A stretch of 64,000 nucleotides of DNA, taken from Raillietiella orientalis. Taxonomy: Eukaryota. The notes under the pieces were generated by a model. The model saw only the letters and a list, made by a program, of their open reading frames with translations, had not been told where the DNA came from and ran no database searches. Both the position numbers and the translations under genes were made by a program. Of this stretch, positions 12,950-25,603 are shown piece after piece. The DNA lies in NCBI GenBank assembly GCA_036172245.1, contig JAYWIR010000033.1, positions 2,108,001 to 2,172,000 on the forward strand. The letters run 5' to 3'. The stretch's first letter is position 1. The number at the start of each line of letters is the position of its first letter.

Positions 12950-14800
12950 GTTATCTTCTATTCTTTTCGTATTGATTATGATGTTTCCTTAGTAACCGAG
13001 CCAGACTCGAAGAGACCTTCCTCAGTAATAACCCTTCCGCAGTGCAGTGACATTCATCCATGTCTTTGAACACATGGCTTAGGAGCACTTGCTGAAGAAC
13101 ATTAGTAGTATTATGAAGGAGTAACTCACATAGTTCTGAGCTCCCCATGCATTTTGGGAAGCGCATCGTGTCGAGGAGGCCGTGATTGCACACAGTCACC
13201 GCTTCACTTTTTTTCTGGAGCTAAGATGAAGACAATTTCAAGAACGGAATCCATGTATTCTGGTCTTCGAACTGTATTTTCTGAATCCAACCATCAATCC
13301 AGTAGATAAATCTTCCAGGAGACTCTGATCGCCAAAGCTGCGCTTCAAGAGCAGCGAAGTTCTTAGCGAATAGACGATTGGAATCGTTCGTACGCTTTTC
13401 CGCCGCATAAAAGGCACGGCGCTGGGTGTTTCCGCCTTCGAGAGAGCCATCCCGAAGCGCCCATGAAAGTCTTGCAGACGTTGAGTGATTGAGTGATTCT
13501 TTTCCGATCTCGTCTTTCGTCCCTCATCGTCACGCCTCGGAATTAAGAGGGACAGAATGGCCCTCTCGAAAAAAGAATCTTCTTCAACTGAAAACACATC
13601 TGAATAATAGTAAAACTGGTTGAGGATAGGAATTACTAGAGGACAACATGCCGCAGTAGGTTCGTTAGATGTAAAAGTACCTGACTCCTCTCAGGCCCAC
13701 AAGCATCCGATGGAACTAAATGAATTCTGATAGAAAACTATTTTTGTTGAGGAGGACGTTTCAGAATATCCAATTACGAATGAAATACATACGGTTTCTA
13801 TAGCAATGATCCTGCAAAGCCCTCTTGGTGCTGGGTTGCAAAGAGACGAACTGGATGGCACAAACACGGTAGATGGAGGATGTGTCTACGATGAATTTGC
13901 CCTCGAGAGCTCGGTCACTTTCATGATGAACTTTCGAATTGAGTGAAACAGGCGAGATGTCCATTGTGCAGGACTTTGAAGACTCGGCGGCTTGCGAACT
14001 CGACCTTCCTCGGTTTGGAAACAGCAACGACGCATGAGGAACAGAGGATGCTGCCACTGATCACTGATTCGACCTTCAGTTTACCTTCTCCAAAGAGTTC
14101 GATAAAATGAAATTCTTGGAATGTCCCTCCAGAGTTTCCCACTAATACGTTTCTCAGTTCCCATTTCCTGCAATTGGCGTCACGGTGTTGCCATGTCAAC
14201 ACGGAACATTGTGGATTGATCGTTTGCTGACCAGTAAACCTTCCCCAGGTAGTTATCCTTCTTCTTAACGTTGAACACTGAACATCCACTCGAGCAAGTG
14301 AATGGCCTCCCTCATGCTCCCGTGCCATTCCCAAGACTGACCTTCCACACCCGGTTTCGGAAGTCACGAGGATCAAAAGAGTGTAAAGAGTGCTTCCTCC
14401 TTTTCATGCTCCCTTAGTTCGAGTGAATTCGGGATTCCAACTTGCCTCTTTATGAGCACCGCTGTTCTTCTACTGGCTCCTTGCACTCATCTCTATCTGA
14501 AGGATAAGAGCATTCCTTGCAAATTCCTTGATGCTCATCTCAAGGAACTGAATTCTGTGCTCTCTGCCGGCAGAAAGAGAGACTGTTCCAAGCCACGCCC
14601 GGATGCACACTCACTTGCAGGAGTTTGGAGTGAGAGATGCCACCACGAAGCACATGGGAACGGAGATCAGTTCTTGATTTGCACCTTACAGGAAACACTC
14701 TGAAGCGTCCTGAGAGCATGGGGGAGGCGTATCTCCCGAACACTGTGACGTCAGGGCGAACACAACACTCTTGATCCTCCTCGCGACTCTTCCAGCGTGG
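12950..14800 (-). mobile_element. Degraded LINE remnant (endonuclease/RT fragments)
   Basis: QSLLEDLSTGLMVGFRKYSSKTRI resembles the segment after YADD (LQ.L...L......GL..N..KT). VLVGNSG near 14140 resembles the APE IL.GD motif. Confidence 0.35.
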
Positions 14801-15515
14801 TTGGGGAAGAAATCCCCTGCGCACCTCGACCACAGCTCTGCAGCAGCCGAACGGTGAGACCGAACTTTTTTCGGAACTCGCGAAAATCTCCGGAAAGCAA
14901 CGAGCCGGAAACTGAGAAAAGCGTTTCTTCCCCTCCGAGGATTTTTTGGAAATAGCGGGAAAAACGAATTATCAGTGGGATCCCATTAGCTGAGCAGAGG
15001 TTTCGGTGATCCAGCGGATTCAGTTACATTCATCATCCAGAAAATTTCGTGGTTCATTTATTTCCGCTCATCTCGAGGAGGACTGTCAGCGTAATCCCGA
15101 GATATGGATGCTGCGTTGTATCCGATTGCTGAAATTTGTCTGCGCCGGTTAAGGGGGGGGGGGGGGAAATTAAACAGTTTGTTGCTTCAGTGATGAATTG
15201 ATCTCCGCAGAAACACGGCAAAGTGGTTTCAACACGAGCTGCCAACGTGTGATCAATGTGCTTTCCCTCCCCTCCCCCCATTAATGCACCGTGTACCACG
15301 GATTTTCCCAAGTAATAGAACTGATGAATTTGGCAAGCATGTTTCATGTCTCGCGAAAAAAAAAAAGTGTTGCCGAAGAATACATTTTATTTATTTATTT
15401 TTTTGCATCGAATTCCCAAACCCATTTCGGGAACAGTGCAGCATCAATCATGTGTAGTTTTCAGCTGGAGCAGGAAACCTCAGAGCGACCTATAACAAAG
15501 GCCTATTGCTCCTAT

Positions 15516-15709
15516 TGATTTCGCTCAGAGCGAAGATATGGAGTTGAGGCATCACCGTGCAGGGATGTCTCAAAACACCATCGTCGTACAACCTGAGCTT
15601 CAGATCTGATGAGAGTGTCCTCCTTGTATCTCTGGAGGAACGACTCCCACGATGATGTGTCAATTAGACCGAAGTTGGGCCTTCGTGGGCTTTTGGAACC
15701 GGAGCAGGA
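15516..15709 (+). repeat. Left copy of a ~194-bp direct repeat flanking a SINE-like insertion
   Basis: tgatttcgctcagagcgaagata...cttcgtgggcttttggaaccggagcagga aligns end to end with 16110-16302, roughly 90% identical by eye. Confidence 0.92.
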
Positions 15710-16109
15710 CCGCTCTCACTTGCTTCCTTGCACTCTCGTAGAGGCGACGACTCGGAGGGGCCCCCCCGCAACAGAGGGATGTCCGCTCCTTCGAACAACT
15801 GCAGAGGTGCCCGTGAGGGCTCCCGATCCATCTTGAAACCGGAGGAGTCCCCCTGTGATGGGGAACTCCCCACTCCTTTTATTCCTGGAATGACCCGAAG
15901 GTCGACTCCCATTGTTCCGGTCTTCATCGTGGGCCTCCCGGTTTAAACGACTACCGGTGCCACGCCCGAATGTCTCGGCCAACCAGCGCCGTCGCAGGAG
16001 AAACCCGGAACCCAACGACGCAGTGACGTCAGTGTCTGCCGGAGTATTCGAACCCGCGACGCACGGAGCCACGAGCGGAAGCCTTAAGCACAAGGCCTCC
16101 GCCGTGGGC
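15710..16109 (-). mobile_element. tRNA-headed SINE-like family copy, 3'-truncated
   Basis: The minus strand begins gcccacggcggaggcc...cgcgggttcgaatactccgg. It is collinear with 49406-49770 (gctggttggcc, gggagtcgaccttcgggtcattccaggaat, gagagtgca) and then stops. Confidence 0.82.
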
Positions 16110-16302
16110 TGATTTCGTGCAGAGCGAAGATAAGGAGGAGGCAATACCGTGCAGGGAGGTCTCAAAACACCATCATCGTACAACCTGAGCTTGAGATCTG
16201 ATGAGAGTGTCCTCCTTGTATCGCTGGAGGAACGACTTCCACGATGATGTGTTAATTAGGCTGAAGTTGGGGCCTTCGTGGGCTTTTGGAACCTGAGCAA
16301 GA
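16110..16302 (+). repeat. Right copy of the ~194-bp direct repeat
   Basis: Matches 15516-15709 and abuts the SINE 5' terminus exactly. Confidence 0.92.
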
Positions 16303-17614
16303 GCATGTCACGTCAACAGCTGAAAGGGAAGAAGAAGAAAAAAGTCCACATCTGTGAGGAGCAGCGGCTTTTAGGCATTTTACCTACTGCTTTCGAGACA
16401 TCCAGGAGCCGTCATCCAGAAGTGCTTGTGGTTCATGGCGATGAGACTTGAAAGCGGCAAGAGCAGCTGACACAAACCATGTTTCAACTTTGCAAGAGGT
16501 ACCAAAGAAACTTTTATTCGCATTAGAAGCGTCAGAGTACAGGAAAACGATTTCAAGACACTTCCATGCGTGGGACAGAAATCGCAAATGACACATGGAG
16601 TCGGAAGAGCACAGGAGACGATATGGAAGCAGGAAGCGAATCCGGAATCCGTGTTTTGGCATTTCCACATGCAGAACGCTCCGTTGACGTATCTCTTAGG
16701 TCTGCACTAAAATGTGGAGTTCTTTACATGCGTGCTGAGCCCCCGGTTGTCATGCAGCAGGCAAGGCGCCAGTGAGATCTCCGGGCGAAACTTGAGGGGC
16801 CTTCTTGATGATTTTCTAGCCTTCTTGTGGACGGCTTGAATTCCAGTGCTGCTGCATGCTGGGCAAAGTTCCTGCGTCTGAAATAAACGGCATTAGTAAT
16901 GGCCCGGGAGAACACTGCTCTGAAGAACACTCTTCGTGAATTTCTTGTTCACCGGTGGCACATGAATTTATGATTCGCATTGTCCACATCAGATCATTTT
17001 ATATTCAGCACACTCAGCTGCATAAATAAACAGGAGTCAAGGTACAAAGAATTTTTCTTCCGATCACGTGTTCCGCAAGTTCTGGAGCAGCTGCTTTAAA
17101 TGGCATAACGGTTGAATCCATCAGGCTCTTTTCCTCGTGTAAATGATTTCGGAATCACAGAACGTCCCAGTGTTTATGGACGTCCGCCAAGACGACACTT
17201 AGAGGCAGTGGAATCCAAAGCAGCAACTGGTGCTCTTTGAACAGGCTTAGGCCGCGATTTTTTTTCACCATCCTTGTTCCTTTGTTTTTCAGGGACAGCG
17301 CGCCGTTCGTGGACAGCTGGTAGACGTGCCCATCTGGAACTGAAGAAGGGATGAGAAGAAAGTTCTTAACCGGCAAGGAAAACGTCACTCGCTCTGCCGC
17401 ACCATTCGAAATGAGAGCGCAAACGCGAAACCCCAAAGAGCACTTCAAGACCGTCATCACTGTCGCTTTTTTCTTGTAATCCACCGTCACTTGGTTCATT
17501 TCCTCTTCTTTGGAACCTCATCCGCTCCCCACTGATGCTTCGGACCAGTTCCTAAATTTTATGTATGCGAACGCAAACTCCCATCCAAGTCTCCGCCGTA
17601 ACGGTCTCGAATCG

Positions 17615-17710
17615 AAATGACCCTGCACTGGTCCAGCTCCGTCGTGGAAGCTGCGTCGCGGTTTCGAATGCGAGCGAAGACGTCGAGTTCGTCTTGAGCG
17701 AATGCGGGTC
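17615..17710 (+). mobile_element. SINE-like family head fragment
   Basis: ctccgtcgtggaagctgcgtcgcggtttcgaat resembles ttccgctcgtggctccgtgcgtcgcgggttcgaat in the 16109 copy. Confidence 0.45.
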
Positions 17711-18249
17711 TCTGCATGAATTCAGCTGATTCCATCATTTCAGCGGCTTCAGCTGGCATCTTTTTTTGTTGTTGCTGTTGTCGTTTCTACGCTAGCAAAC
17801 GTTTCTCGTGGCTCGTTTCGGATGCGGAAAGATGGACCAAGTGAACGAAGCTTCACCAGAAACCATCAATGATCCGTCGAACGCAAATCAAAAGAATCCT
17901 CGAAGGGGGAGCCACGCAAACGGACAGCACTGCGCAAAGGAGAAAAAAGCATCAGGAAGGAGTGATTCTGATGTTCACTTTCAAGCAGCATGAGGCTCTT
18001 CTATAAGTCTCAAACAGCGCTCAACGTCCAAGAAAAATAAAAGGAAAAAGGCAAATGCCCCTTCCCACATAAACAAGAAAACTCATGCCTTCGTTTCATG
18101 AATCTCTGCTGACGAAGAGACTGAGTACATGTACTTGGAATGGGAGAGCTGGGAAGTCACAGGGTGCATGCGAGGTCTCCATCTCTTCAAAACACCGGAA
18201 GTAGTCGCCTCTGCTTGAGCGCAAAAACCACGGGGGGTTTGTTCCTTCC

Positions 18250-18565
18250 GCATGGCTCAGAGATACCACTGCACAGAGGTTCACAAGCTTTTCTCTTCCA
18301 CCGTCACGCGCCCCGGGGTGCTTGAAAAGCGGGCGGGCGAGGTGAACCACCCTCGACCTCCCGTTAATCGACGGGCCCTTTGGCGGCGGAGGCGAGAGCC
18401 TCTACGAGAGCACTCCGGAAGTCCTGAGCTGCCTTCGTGCCATCTTGCGGGCATACGCAAAACTCGCAACGCATCCAGCTCGGTGTCTTGTCCACGCGGG
18501 TATTTGAACCCGCGACGACTGAACGTATTGCTTTCCGACTCTGTGGCAGCGCCGCCTCCAGCTTC
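18250..18565 (-). mobile_element. Diverged SINE-like family copy (5' part)
   Basis: Minus strand gtcgcgggttcaaatacccg followed by cccgcaagatg, as at 49521. Confidence 0.55.
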
Positions 18566-21500
18566 CACTTCCTCTAATTACGGCATTATTCCTCTGCTTA
18601 ATCCTTCACGTGCAGTCGCACCTATGAGAAACACCTTTGTGATTTCCTTCTTCTCTGACTGAAACAGATGAGTGGTCCGCCGGCAGTCTGTGGCTACCAT
18701 GTGTCTGCCGTGCGCTCGATTGCAAGCTTCACCGGCTTCGTAGATTCTAACATGAAGGCACTCCAGTTGCCGGGACGACTGGAGCAAGGAGAGCACAAGA
18801 GCGGTGGAGGGAAAAGAGGAGGACGCACCAAGAATTTCTGGGCTTCTCTGGAGTGGATGGTGGTCGGATCGACTGGACGTTCAGATGGAGGAAGGAGAAA
18901 ACTTCTCCAAAGTCACACTCGGACCCCCCAGGAGAAGACATGAACAGCGAATCGAAAACTGCGGGATGCAAGAAAGAAAAAGAGGCGTATTTCAACCGAG
19001 GAAGCCTTCCGCATTGGAACAGCCATTCAAAGCGGGCTGCTTCCGAGTGATTTTAGAAGACGAAAAAAAGAAAAAAAGAAAAAGAAAACGGAGAAATAAA
19101 AAATCAGAAGTGCATGATGAGAATCACAGATGTTAGATGATGACTCGCGTGCGAATGCACTCTGCGCCAACAGTAGGAAGTTGCATGACAGACACGCAGG
19201 AGTTAGATCTGCATAAATGAGAGAATAAAGAGAAATTGATTCGAAAATTGCACACGAGATCATACGGGAGAGCTTAGGTTGCAATCTTCGTGCCAGAAGC
19301 CAACGGGAAAAAAAAAAAAAAAAAAAAATGGTTTCCGAAGAGAATGAAGACTTCAGCAACGAAAGCTTCGAATCTCGTCCAAAATATTTCCTCGCATCAG
19401 TGATAAACCACGTGAGCGGAGGGCGAACTTCCGAATTTCCTTTAGCAAAGGTTTCGTGGAATTTCCATCTGACAGAATCAAACTTTCGCCCTCCATGGAG
19501 CATTCCGTTCGCTGCGCCCAGCGGAAATGAAATGAGCAGCCAGACGGCCGCCTGACAACCGGACAAAGTGTCCGCTCCTCTCAGCTACCCCGCGACGCCG
19601 GAGATGAACTCGCAGCGCAACCAAGAGTCTGGTGAGTTTCTCATGGCCCGCCTTCCTTCCTTCCTTTCTCCCTCTTTGGGCGTGTCCTCTCGCTCTCTGG
19701 ACTCTTATTGCAATCTTTCTGCACATCGAAGGCAGCTCCATTCTGCTCGAGCAACAAATGTCCCACCTTGGCAGTATTTGGACGATCTTATGATTCAGAT
19801 TAGGCATCACGCAGGAATCCTATGTCTTCGTTCTGCTGCGAGATCCAGCAGAAACCTTCAGAGGATCAGTGGACATCCCATCTTGTTCTCATCCATCACA
19901 GAACTGCATAGGCGGGCATTCCAGACAGCTTCTCCGGATCGCAGTGTCCATCAGGAAGGTCCATATAATATTTAACGAATAAAATGAGGGTGAAGAATAG
20001 CGATACAAGCAGCTGAAGAAGGAAACTTCCGGTGTCTTCTTCACCTGTCTCTTAGATTGAACCCTTCCTATGATTTTTCAGGTTCCTCCACTAAAGGAGG
20101 CTATCACCCATCAGCTACGTTTAGTGCACATCCCAGTAACTCTGTACGTTCGAGCACGCGATTCCTTTTTCAAAGTGCTCTTCCTGCTTCCTGGAGATTT
20201 TCGGTCTCCTCGATACACCATTATTCGTGGATCTCCAAACATCGGAGCTATAGCTGCTCGTGCTTTTACAAAGGTGCGTACTCCTTTAGAGTCAGATTTT
20301 CTTCTGCCCCGCCACCTCCAACACCGCTGGTGATAGAGGACAGCGGCGGCCAATACCCTGGAACACCAGGATGTGGCCTCGATTTTGCTCCCGGAATATT
20401 TTTCTGGTTGTCGGCTGCCAGCTCTCAGAGCTTGGCGGTGGCCTTTTCTACATCGATCGCCATCCTTAACGACTCTCCGTAATCATGGCATAGTCGGCGA
20501 CACTTCTGCTCTCTCCTTGTTTTCCCTATCTTCTGCACAGGCTACCGTACCTAGTGGACGATGTCCCTAAGGACAGAAGGCTGAACAGGGCAGCACGAAC
20601 AAACGTTCAGCGTGTCAAATGTCTCCAAGTGTTAACCTGGATCTTTCCCTCGCAAGAGTCCATGTGGAAGTCCACTCTTCAGACACCCCTGACTTCCCAC
20701 ACTTTGATATCGCTGTTGGCCTTGATTCACCGTCGCCAGAAGCCCTCTAGACCAGCAGCAACTCCTCAAGTCGAAGCAAAGAAATGACGTAATAGGTTAC
20801 TGTACATTTGCCCTACTGATCAGAATGAATCAGATGTTCTCGTGTCGACTCTTAGATGCTTGCACAGTCAGAATACTTATTATTCTTTTGAATTAAACAC
20901 CCTTTTTGCTAACGGTGGTTCTGCCTTTTTTCCTTTTTTACATTTGCTTCTTTGGAACTCTGTACAGCCCCATCTTGGTGAGTATTCCACATCATATCAC
21001 AGCTGTCTGCCGAGCCTTTTGGCTGCTTTTGGGAACTGCCGCCACTTCTGGCAACCGATTCTACACATCATCACCATTCGCGACCTCAGTTTTTCAGATA
21101 TCTTTGAATTTACCACGATCCAGTCTAAATTCCCATTTCACAACGGGATTGTTCCCGAATCCTCATGAACCGAGTCCATAAGGATCCAGGAATTATGCCA
21201 GGATTCAGTTTCTTCCTTACAGCACACCACACAGAAGCAGGCAAGGACGGGAAGAGGAATTTGCTTGTGATTTACCTTCGTCCTTTACGAAATTTGGATC
21301 AAGGAAAGTACCTGTCCTATACTTTTATTGGGATCCCAGGAAGGAATTCATTGCCATCTGAGCACCACAACCAAGAAAAGGACTCCGTTTAGAGTTCCTG
21401 AAACGCGGAAACCTCCTCTTGCAATCTGATAATGAGAAATGCCTGGACGGAACGCCGTGACCTCCAGCTGATTGGAAACTGCAAAAAAAAGAAAGAAATG

Positions 21501-22349
21501 CTTCGTGACCTTCCATTTCAAGGATGAGGCTGACGTGTTCAGCGGTGAAATCAAGTCATCCGGTGTTCAACGATGATGGAATGCCGTGAAGTTCATCAAG
21601 AAGGTGATCTTCAGCTGTGCTTTGTTCATCCCTGAAGACGCATCCCTGACACGAAGATGCCATTTTGCAAAACACGATCGGAGACTCTTGCTAGAGGTGT
21701 AGGTGCAGATGGAAGGAATCACCATTGGATTGCATCGTTTCCCTGATTATTTCTACTTTATGACGGTGTTCACGCTGCTCGCACCCTAATTCGAAATCAG
21801 TGGCTTCTACTAGCTGTGGCAACACGGATGGAAAGAATCTTAATTTGCTAATCTTCCAGCACTTGCTCTCCTGCTCACACTTCTCTACAAGAAAAAAAAA
21901 AAAACCATTCCTCCAAGATAAGCTCCTTGGAGTTTTTGCCTGTGTTTGTTCATCTTTAAGAGTCCCTAAGGACAGCGGATTGAAAGTAGATGGGAATTAA
22001 TTCGAGACTCCTCCTAATCTTTCTGAATAATTTGATGAAATCGAGCCATCATTAACTCCTGGTTGAAAGCCTTCATCCATCGAGCAAGGATAGAGGGAAT
22101 TAGCGCGGATGTTTTTCCAGGCGAGAGTCGCTCTTGATGATTTCAGGATGGGATGTCACGGATTCAGGGAAGAAATCGTGCCAGGACAACAACGTCATCG
22201 CAAATGCAATCCTCGGTAAATAGTTATCCCCGAAGAGTTTGCCATCCAAAACTCGAGGAGAGAGTCGGTGATTCGCATGCGCTTGGAGTAAGGAGTCCGA
22301 AAACGGAGGTGCTTTCCGATTAATTGCCCTTTGAGGTGCGTTCCCAGGG

Positions 22350-22445
22350 AGTTCCCCAGCGCCGTGCCCCAGAGTTGGGTTCAGGAGGAGACATTTCGGG
22401 GGGTACCCTGGGCGAGCAGGGTCCTCTGATGCGATCCCCGGGTCC
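22350..22445 (-). mobile_element. SINE-like family 3'-end fragment
   Basis: Minus strand gaccctgctcgcccagggtacccccc...actctggggcacggcg resembles the tails at 8624-8685 and 50090-50145. Confidence 0.35.
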
Positions 22446-24829
22446 AGCCAGCTACTGAAGCCACCTCAGGTTCTTTCAGAATAACGCTTCGCGTCAGAAA
22501 TGCAGCATCCGGTGTCATCCATTTTAATTTTTCTTTGGCGAAAAAATCTTCCTCTTTCGAGATGCTGCAGCCCTCAGCCGGAACCGCGAAGCTCATGGCG
22601 CATGGAAAATTCGTTATAGCTGTTAGCTGCTGCCATCAATCTGCTCACATCAGTTTTATTGGATTTTCATCCCCGATAGTAATAGTTTCATTGAAAAAAA
22701 AGAAGAATTATTCATACTTGCAAGCTGCAATTTAGTTTATCGACATTGGAAATCGGAAATTCGATTCATGCATTTTCATTGCATCCTTAAAATTGCGCAT
22801 AAAAAATCAAAACTCCGAGGAAACCTAAGCAGCTTCAATGTATCATGGATGTGTACCATAAAATCACCATAAAAACCAATTACTCAGCCAATGGCACCAA
22901 ATACACGTTCCTCCCAGACCCAAATTTAATAGACATCCAGGTAATTCGTGAACGTTCAGAGAATAGGCAATAGATTGGTACGTTAGAGGGGCAGAAGAAG
23001 GGGGAAAAAAAGGCAAACCCATGCAGTAGCAAAAGACGGGAAAGACGTCCTCGTGATGTGCAGCCGTGTATGAGAAAAAAAATTATAAATCATCAAAATC
23101 ATCATCCCAGCAGTCCACTCCGTTCGCAGAAGAAGTTTCTGTTTTCTAATTCATGGAGGACACTCACTCTCTCTCCGCGATTTTCAGTCCGAAACGAATG
23201 CCTTTGAAACGAAATCTCCAAAACCTTCTGAGCGGATTGAACAAAACCGAATTGAAACCAACCTATTTATTTATTTATTTTTCGTTTCCATTGCCCGGCA
23301 TGGGAAAACTGCTCATTGCAAACTTATTGATGCTGGACAAACGGAGATCGTCCTTCGTGGTCATGTGAAGCGACCCCAGGCGCCCCAGGACGCTTCCAGC
23401 TCCGCCAATTTGAGATGTTTACAGCCCTGCTTTCCGGTCATTACCCAAAGGGGTCCACGGAATCTGCAGAAAGTCCCTCCCTCCGCCATCTCGTTTCGAC
23501 GCTGAAAACACCGAGCTGACGTTCTCGGGATTTCTGCGCGGTAGCGTGGAGGTGCTGAACTTTGGCCTCTGGCGGAATGAAGAAATGGAAAGAGAGACTG
23601 AGCTACCGGAATTCCTGGAACCTCGAAAGCTCCAAACGGTTTGTGCCGAAGAGTTCGCTTCGATTGCAACCGCACTGGTCGGATTTACGGGGGTGGAGGT
23701 AAGATAAATACGAACGCAAACCGTGTTCCCTCTAAAAGTACATGCACAACGCAAGAAAGGAAGGAAAGAAAAAAAAAGAAAATTGGAATCTCCGGAGGAT
23801 GCGTTACCAATATCTCAGAAACCAAAAATCCCATTCGTGTCGGATGCAAGGGCTGCCATGCATCAGGACCGAAGCGGCTTCTCGCGTTTGTTCAAAGGGA
23901 AGCTTAAGGTCCACCCATTACTTTCCCCACCACCGCGAGGTGTTTCTCAGTGCGAAAGCACAGCACCGGCAAAGCGCCATACACTTCACACAAAAAACAC
24001 TGATGCCCACGAAAAGGTCAGCTGAAGCGGAGTCTGCGAATATGAGATGAAGTAAAAGAAAGGTGAAAGGGTGGAATTCAGGAAACCTACTTGCGAACAC
24101 ACGTCCTGCTTGAGGAGGAAATATTGCCCCATCCTCAGCCCGTCGAAAATAAATTCCACCTCATCTGTCTAATACCATCTCTACCCTTTGATACCCCCAA
24201 ATCTCGCACCAGGGCACACATTTTCGTTGTCTTGCAATCCGTTTCCGAGACGGGAAACACCCTGCGGGGATGTACAGATTGGGGAGCATCCCGAATTGCA
24301 TATCCACGCAGAGACTGTAATGGTGAAACCTTTCACAGAATTTTCGGAGACAGCCGCAACGAGGGCGAATTTTGAACTTTTCGGATGCTCATCATTTCCG
24401 CTTTAGGGGTGCGACTAGGGGCGCAGTCCCCTTTATGGAAAAAGCATGCCATCGCAGGGAGAGCAGGCAAACTTTGAACTTTGAACCGGCAGCCAAAAGC
24501 ATTGCGGGATGTGACTGCAATGATGAAATCCATGGCATCCGAGTCATCTGTGGCGATTATGTGGTTTTAAGAGGAAAAGTCAAGCGAGTAGAAATCGTCG
24601 CTCTTCAGTTCTTCATCGGAGCACCTGACTTTTGGCTCTTCCGGACGTCCTGGAAAATCCCGCGGCGTGCAAGACATGGTTTCCCATCGGAGATTGGGAA
24701 AAGTGCAGCAGCCTTCTGCCAGCGCCAACACACAGAATCACTGCGGCCACTGGAAGGCACTCTGCTCGCTGGACACGGTCCTATCACTGCTTCTCTCCCT
24801 CTTCTTTCCCCCGAGAAAGGCTTCAGGCT

Positions 24830-25535
24830 AGGCTCTGTTTTAGCCTTTTCAGTGTTCTCTGACTCTTCCTGATGCTTCATATGAAAGGCCGCGCCACCGG
24901 CAAGACATACAAGAGAGTTAACACCAAGAAGACGAAACTCCACGCTGGCAAGACTGGACAAAACGCGCAAGCTATCAAAGCTGCCAAAGAAATAGCTCTA
25001 GCCACAGATTCTATGCTTCTGAACGTTTCAAGTTGATCATCCAGATAATCTATCTTGTCTGATTTTCTAGCCTCTTTTTTGCTACTCCAATAGAAATATA
25101 GCGCATAAGAACACCATGGAAAGCAGCACGCACAAGCCAGTAACTTTCTATTATCTTCCGAGTCTTTTTTCTTGTCTTCTCTGCTTTGGTAGCTGTTATT
25201 ACCATAGTTAGCATTTGTTATATTAGCAGTATGACCACGCCCACCGAACGTTGTAACAGCAAATAATCCCAAAGGTCTAAACCTCTCTTGTGCACGTGTA
25301 CATGTATATCCTGAGTGCCTGTAGGTCGACCGCCATTTCTCTCGTTCTGTTCTATTTTGTGCATTATTTAGATTTCGACTCTCAGCAAATTCTTTCTATA
25401 CCTCTGCAAACCTATCCTCACTCCAAGTTAAGCTCTGTATATTATTACAATACTGCAAAAACCCTTTAATATTATCGTTGCCACCATATTTTTTTATATA
25501 GGCTAATGCATACCTTTTTAAAACACTATCACCAT
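24830..25535 (-). pseudogene. Decayed bacterial-type (endosymbiont-like) membrane protein gene in an AT-rich island
   Basis: One intron-free frame runs from about 25530 to 24877 with a single TAG (25396-25398): DSVLKRYALAYIKKYGGNDNIKGFLQYCNNIQSLTWSEDRFAEV*KEFAESRNLNNAQNRTEREKW...DYLDDQLETFRSIESVARAISLAALIACAFCPVLPAWSF. A frameshift probably continues it as LLGVNSLVCLAGGAAFHMKHQEESENTEKAK. The ATG at 25535 is one base out of frame and follows GGGGT. Sampled 60-nt lines are 23-33% GC, against 58% in the flanking line at 24661. Confidence 0.65.
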
Positions 25536-25574
25536 AAATACCCCATTAAATTAAGATTAAATTAATAAACACTT

Positions 25575-25603
25575 ATCATAATAAAATAACGTTCTCTTGT
25601 CAA
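25575..25603 (-). promoter_or_regulatory. Bacterial sigma70-type promoter (-35 TTGACA, 17-nt spacer, -10 TATGAT)
   Basis: The minus strand reads TTGACA agagaacgttattttat TATGAT. It lies about 40 nt upstream of the pseudogene start, on the same strand. Confidence 0.7.

Noticed and set aside
19585..19631. Possible plus-strand micro-exon (ctcctctcag|...|gtgagt)
   Set aside because: Good splice signals, but no partner exons or recognisable peptide.
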